Shown here: positions 42,753 to 44,502 of the stretch, in pieces | Layout of the letters: each line of letters starts with the position of its first letter | Numbering within the stretch: the first letter of the stretch is position 1 | Assembly (NCBI GenBank): GCA_041307365.1 | Contig: JBFZDM010000058.1 | Location: 1-44,502, forward strand | Source: Chromatiaceae bacterium | GTDB lineage: Bacteria > Pseudomonadota > Gammaproteobacteria > Chromatiales > Chromatiaceae | Length of the DNA: 44,502 nt | Reading direction: 5' to 3' | Program-made: the position numbers and the translations under genes | Notes under the pieces: model-generated | What the model was told of the DNA's origin: nothing | What the model saw: the letters and a program-made list of their open reading frames with translations, nothing else | The model's database searches: none

Positions 42753-43060
42753 TGGACCTCGAATACGCCGACGGTGAGCCCAAGCCCCGCCCGCGCGACT
42801 GGATCAGCGGCCTCCTCCTGGTGCTCACGGTCGTGATCCTCGCGGCCATCGTGGTCCTATCCCAGGGCTGCGCTGCCGTCTCGGCCGACTACGCCGCGGC
42901 CGACCGCATGACCTACGACGTGCTCGCCCCGCTCGCCCGCGACCGCTGGATACCCGGCGACAGCCTGCTGACGGATGACGAGCGGGACGCCCTCTTCCTC
43001 CTCCTCCAGAGCTGGGATTTCCGCATCCGGGCGGCGGAGGACTCGACCGATGGCCAGTGA
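42752..43060 (+). CDS. Single-pass membrane protein (possible lysis or spanin-like component)
   Basis: TM segment ISGLLLVLTVVILAAIVVL followed by SQGC. Confidence 0.45.
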   Translation: MDLEYADGEPKPRPRDWISGLLLVLTVVILAAIVVLSQGCAAVSADYAAADRMTYDVLAPLARDRWIPGDSLLTDDERDALFLLLQSWDFRIRAAEDSTDGQ

Positions 43061-43409
43061 CTTCGACGCCCTCTACGACCAGGTCCGATCCCGCCTCATG
43101 GTCGAGGTGCGCGCCCTTTGCGACGTGTGGAACCGCCTGCCGGCGATCGACCATGCCGCTATGGTCCAGGTCGTGCGGAACCTGGCCAGCTGCACCACCG
43201 CAGAGGCGCTAGGCCTGCCGTACTCGCGGCTTGAGCTCGACGCGGCCACGGCTGCGCTCGCGAATTTCAAGGTTGGCCTCGAATTGATCGCACGCCGCAA
43301 CCTGCTAGCCGCGGCCAAGCGCGTGGGCGGGTGGCTGCTAGATCAGGCCTGGGAGCTCGGGTCGAAGTGGCTGACGGCGTGGGCCGAGGCCCAGCTGGCG
43401 AAGCTGTGA
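43050..43409 (+). CDS. Hypothetical helical protein
   Basis: 119 aa from the internal ATG, with GGAGG 9 nt upstream. Confidence 0.5.
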   Translation: MASDFDALYDQVRSRLMVEVRALCDVWNRLPAIDHAAMVQVVRNLASCTTAEALGLPYSRLELDAATAALANFKVGLELIARRNLLAAAKRVGGWLLDQAWELGSKWLTAWAEAQLAKL

Positions 43410-43615
43410 AACGGCCACGCGAGCTGGCAGAGCGGATCGTCTACGCGCTCGAATGCTGGCACGACCGCATGCATGGGGAGAACGAGGTAGCCGAGGCCGA
43501 CGCCTCGGCCATTTGCTGGGCCTACAAGGCCGGCAAGCGCGCCCTAGGCTGTCTGGAGGCGTCACGGCAGGCTCAAATTGAGTTCGTGGCGCAGGTGCTA
43601 CGGGAGGCGGAATGA
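43406..43615 (+). CDS. Hypothetical protein
   Basis: 69 aa with a GTGA overlap upstream. Confidence 0.4.
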   Translation: MKRPRELAERIVYALECWHDRMHGENEVAEADASAICWAYKAGKRALGCLEASRQAQIEFVAQVLREAE

Positions 43616-43755
43616 CCAACGGCCAGGGCTGGGAACGTGTGTTCTGTACGGGCTGCGGGGCCGACGTCCGGGTGTACCCGATCGACCCTGCTACGTTCCC
43701 GTGTCCCAAGTGCGGTAGGCTGATGACGCCCGTGCGGCTGCTGAAGCCATGTTGA
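43612..43755 (+). CDS. Zinc-ribbon micro-protein
   Basis: 47 aa, translated by hand, with CTGC-x17-CPKC and an ATGA overlap. Confidence 0.45.
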   Translation: MTNGQGWERVFCTGCGADVRVYPIDPATFPCPKCGRLMTPVRLLKPC

Positions 43756-43895
43756 CCGCCTCGCTCAACTGCCCCAAGTGCGGGGCCAAGGTGCGGATAG
43801 TGGCCTGGCCAGCGGAGCGAGTGACCTACGTCGATCGGGTGTGCGACTGTGCGGTACGGTTCGGCGTGGTAGTCGAGCCAGAGACGGAGACCTAG
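43749..43895 (+). CDS. Zinc-ribbon micro-protein
   Basis: 48 aa, translated by hand, with CPKC-x19-CDC. Confidence 0.45.
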   Translation: MLTASLNCPKCGAKVRIVAWPAERVTYVDRVCDCAVRFGVVVEPETET

Positions 43896-44128
43896 TGGAG
43901 CTCAAGGACATCGCCGACATCCTCGCCAGCGTGGGCATTGCGGGCGTATGCGGCTTCGCGACATGGGTGCTGTACCGCGCGCGCGAAGCCGACCGCTTGG
44001 CCTTCGAGACCAAGTGTACGAGCTGCCCAGTGCGGGCGCAACGGGATCGGGTGTTTGAGCTCGTGATGAAGCGGATCGAGGCCAATGGGTCGGTATCTGG
44101 AGACAGCCATGGGGCAGCTAAGCCATAG
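43895..44128 (+). CDS. Small single-TM protein (holin-like by size and topology only)
   Basis: 77 aa with a GTG start overlapping the upstream TAG. TM segment ILASVGIAGVCGFATWVLY. Confidence 0.4.
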   Translation: MELKDIADILASVGIAGVCGFATWVLYRAREADRLAFETKCTSCPVRAQRDRVFELVMKRIEANGSVSGDSHGAAKP

Positions 44129-44264
44129 GCCAGAAGCGGAGTACAGAGACAGTGAAGCGCAGGTGTCGAGCTACCTACGCGGGCTGACGTGGACGCTAGG
44201 CGACCTCGACGAGCTGGGGCAGGAGATCCTTGCCGAATTGTTGGGCGAGGGGGTGGAGGGATGA
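44109..44264 (+). CDS. Hypothetical acidic micro-protein
   Basis: 51 aa, translated by hand. Last ORF before the right-end non-coding zone. Confidence 0.35.
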   Translation: MGQLSHRPEAEYRDSEAQVSSYLRGLTWTLGDLDELGQEILAELLGEGVEG

Positions 44265-44300
44265 GGTCTGCTCATGTAATGGGCGCGATACATCTATGGG

Positions 44301-44455
44301 CGTATGATAACCATACGCGCAAAGATAGTGGGCAGACAAGTGTATGTTTATCATACTCTGCCCAAAGGCTTGGCGTATGAGTGTCATACGCTGTAGTTGG
44401 TCAAAAACACCATGCGTATGACCAAAAAGTTGGCAAGTCGTATGAAAATCATACG
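44301..44455. promoter_or_regulatory. Right-end cluster of CGTATG(A)/(T)CATACG palindromic sites
   Basis: Sites are CGTATGataacCATACG at 44301-44317, tGTATGtttatCATAC at 44341-44356, CGTATGAgtgTCATACG at 44374-44390, a half-site at 44415-44421 and CGTATGAaaaTCATACG at 44439-44455. The 21-mer at 44438-44458 is identical to 23-43. Confidence 0.6.
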
Positions 44456-44488
44456 GATGGGTCCTCCCGGGGGCCTCCTACGGGTCCC

Positions 44489-44500
44489 CCCCCGCTCGCT
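44489..44500. repeat. Second copy of the terminal 12-nt repeat CCCCCGCTCGCT
   Basis: Identical to positions 1-12 and preceded by three further C residues. Confidence 0.45.
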
Positions 44501-44502
44501 AG

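Overview
The window looks like a complete genome (44.5 kb, GC in the mid-60s % judged by eye) of a cos-type tailed dsDNA phage. A 12-nt direct repeat sits at both window ends, inside a roughly 370-nt non-coding zone packed with CGTATGA/TCATACG palindromes. The plus-strand late operon wraps across the ends (39184-44264, then 166-26082). It encodes a ParB-like nuclease-domain protein, a low-GC GT-A glycosyltransferase-like protein, TerS, a gpA-type TerL, a lambda-type portal, an HK97-type protease, a decoration protein and the major capsid protein. Next come a beta-helix protein with Ser-rich 25-aa repeats and an inserted cassette (GT-B glycosyltransferase, SAM methyltransferase, tRNA-Met, HAD phosphatase), followed by tail and fibre genes including a 1590-aa Gly-rich fibre. 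A leftward early operon (36870 to 26180, minus strand) encodes a ParB-MT-A70 methyltransferase, a DUF1874-like protein, an SSB-like protein, RecT, a YqaJ exonuclease, an Hjc-like resolvase, a minimal C5-cytosine methyltransferase and about 20 micro-genes, many of them Cys-rich. These genes are mostly linked by ATGA/GTGA start-stop overlaps. A short rightward unit (37129-38732) encodes an HTH protein and a DnaB-N/RecA-like helicase, and is followed by an origin-like element with iterons, an AT tract and (CG)n arms. I found no integrase, repressor, DNA polymerase or endolysin. The best leads are: (1) the glycosylation-type cassette next to the Ser-rich repeat protein, bracketed by tRNA-like elements; (2) a layered DNA-modification gene set; (3) the terminal palindrome array; (4) the origin-like element. 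All domain calls come from motif reading only; no searches were run.
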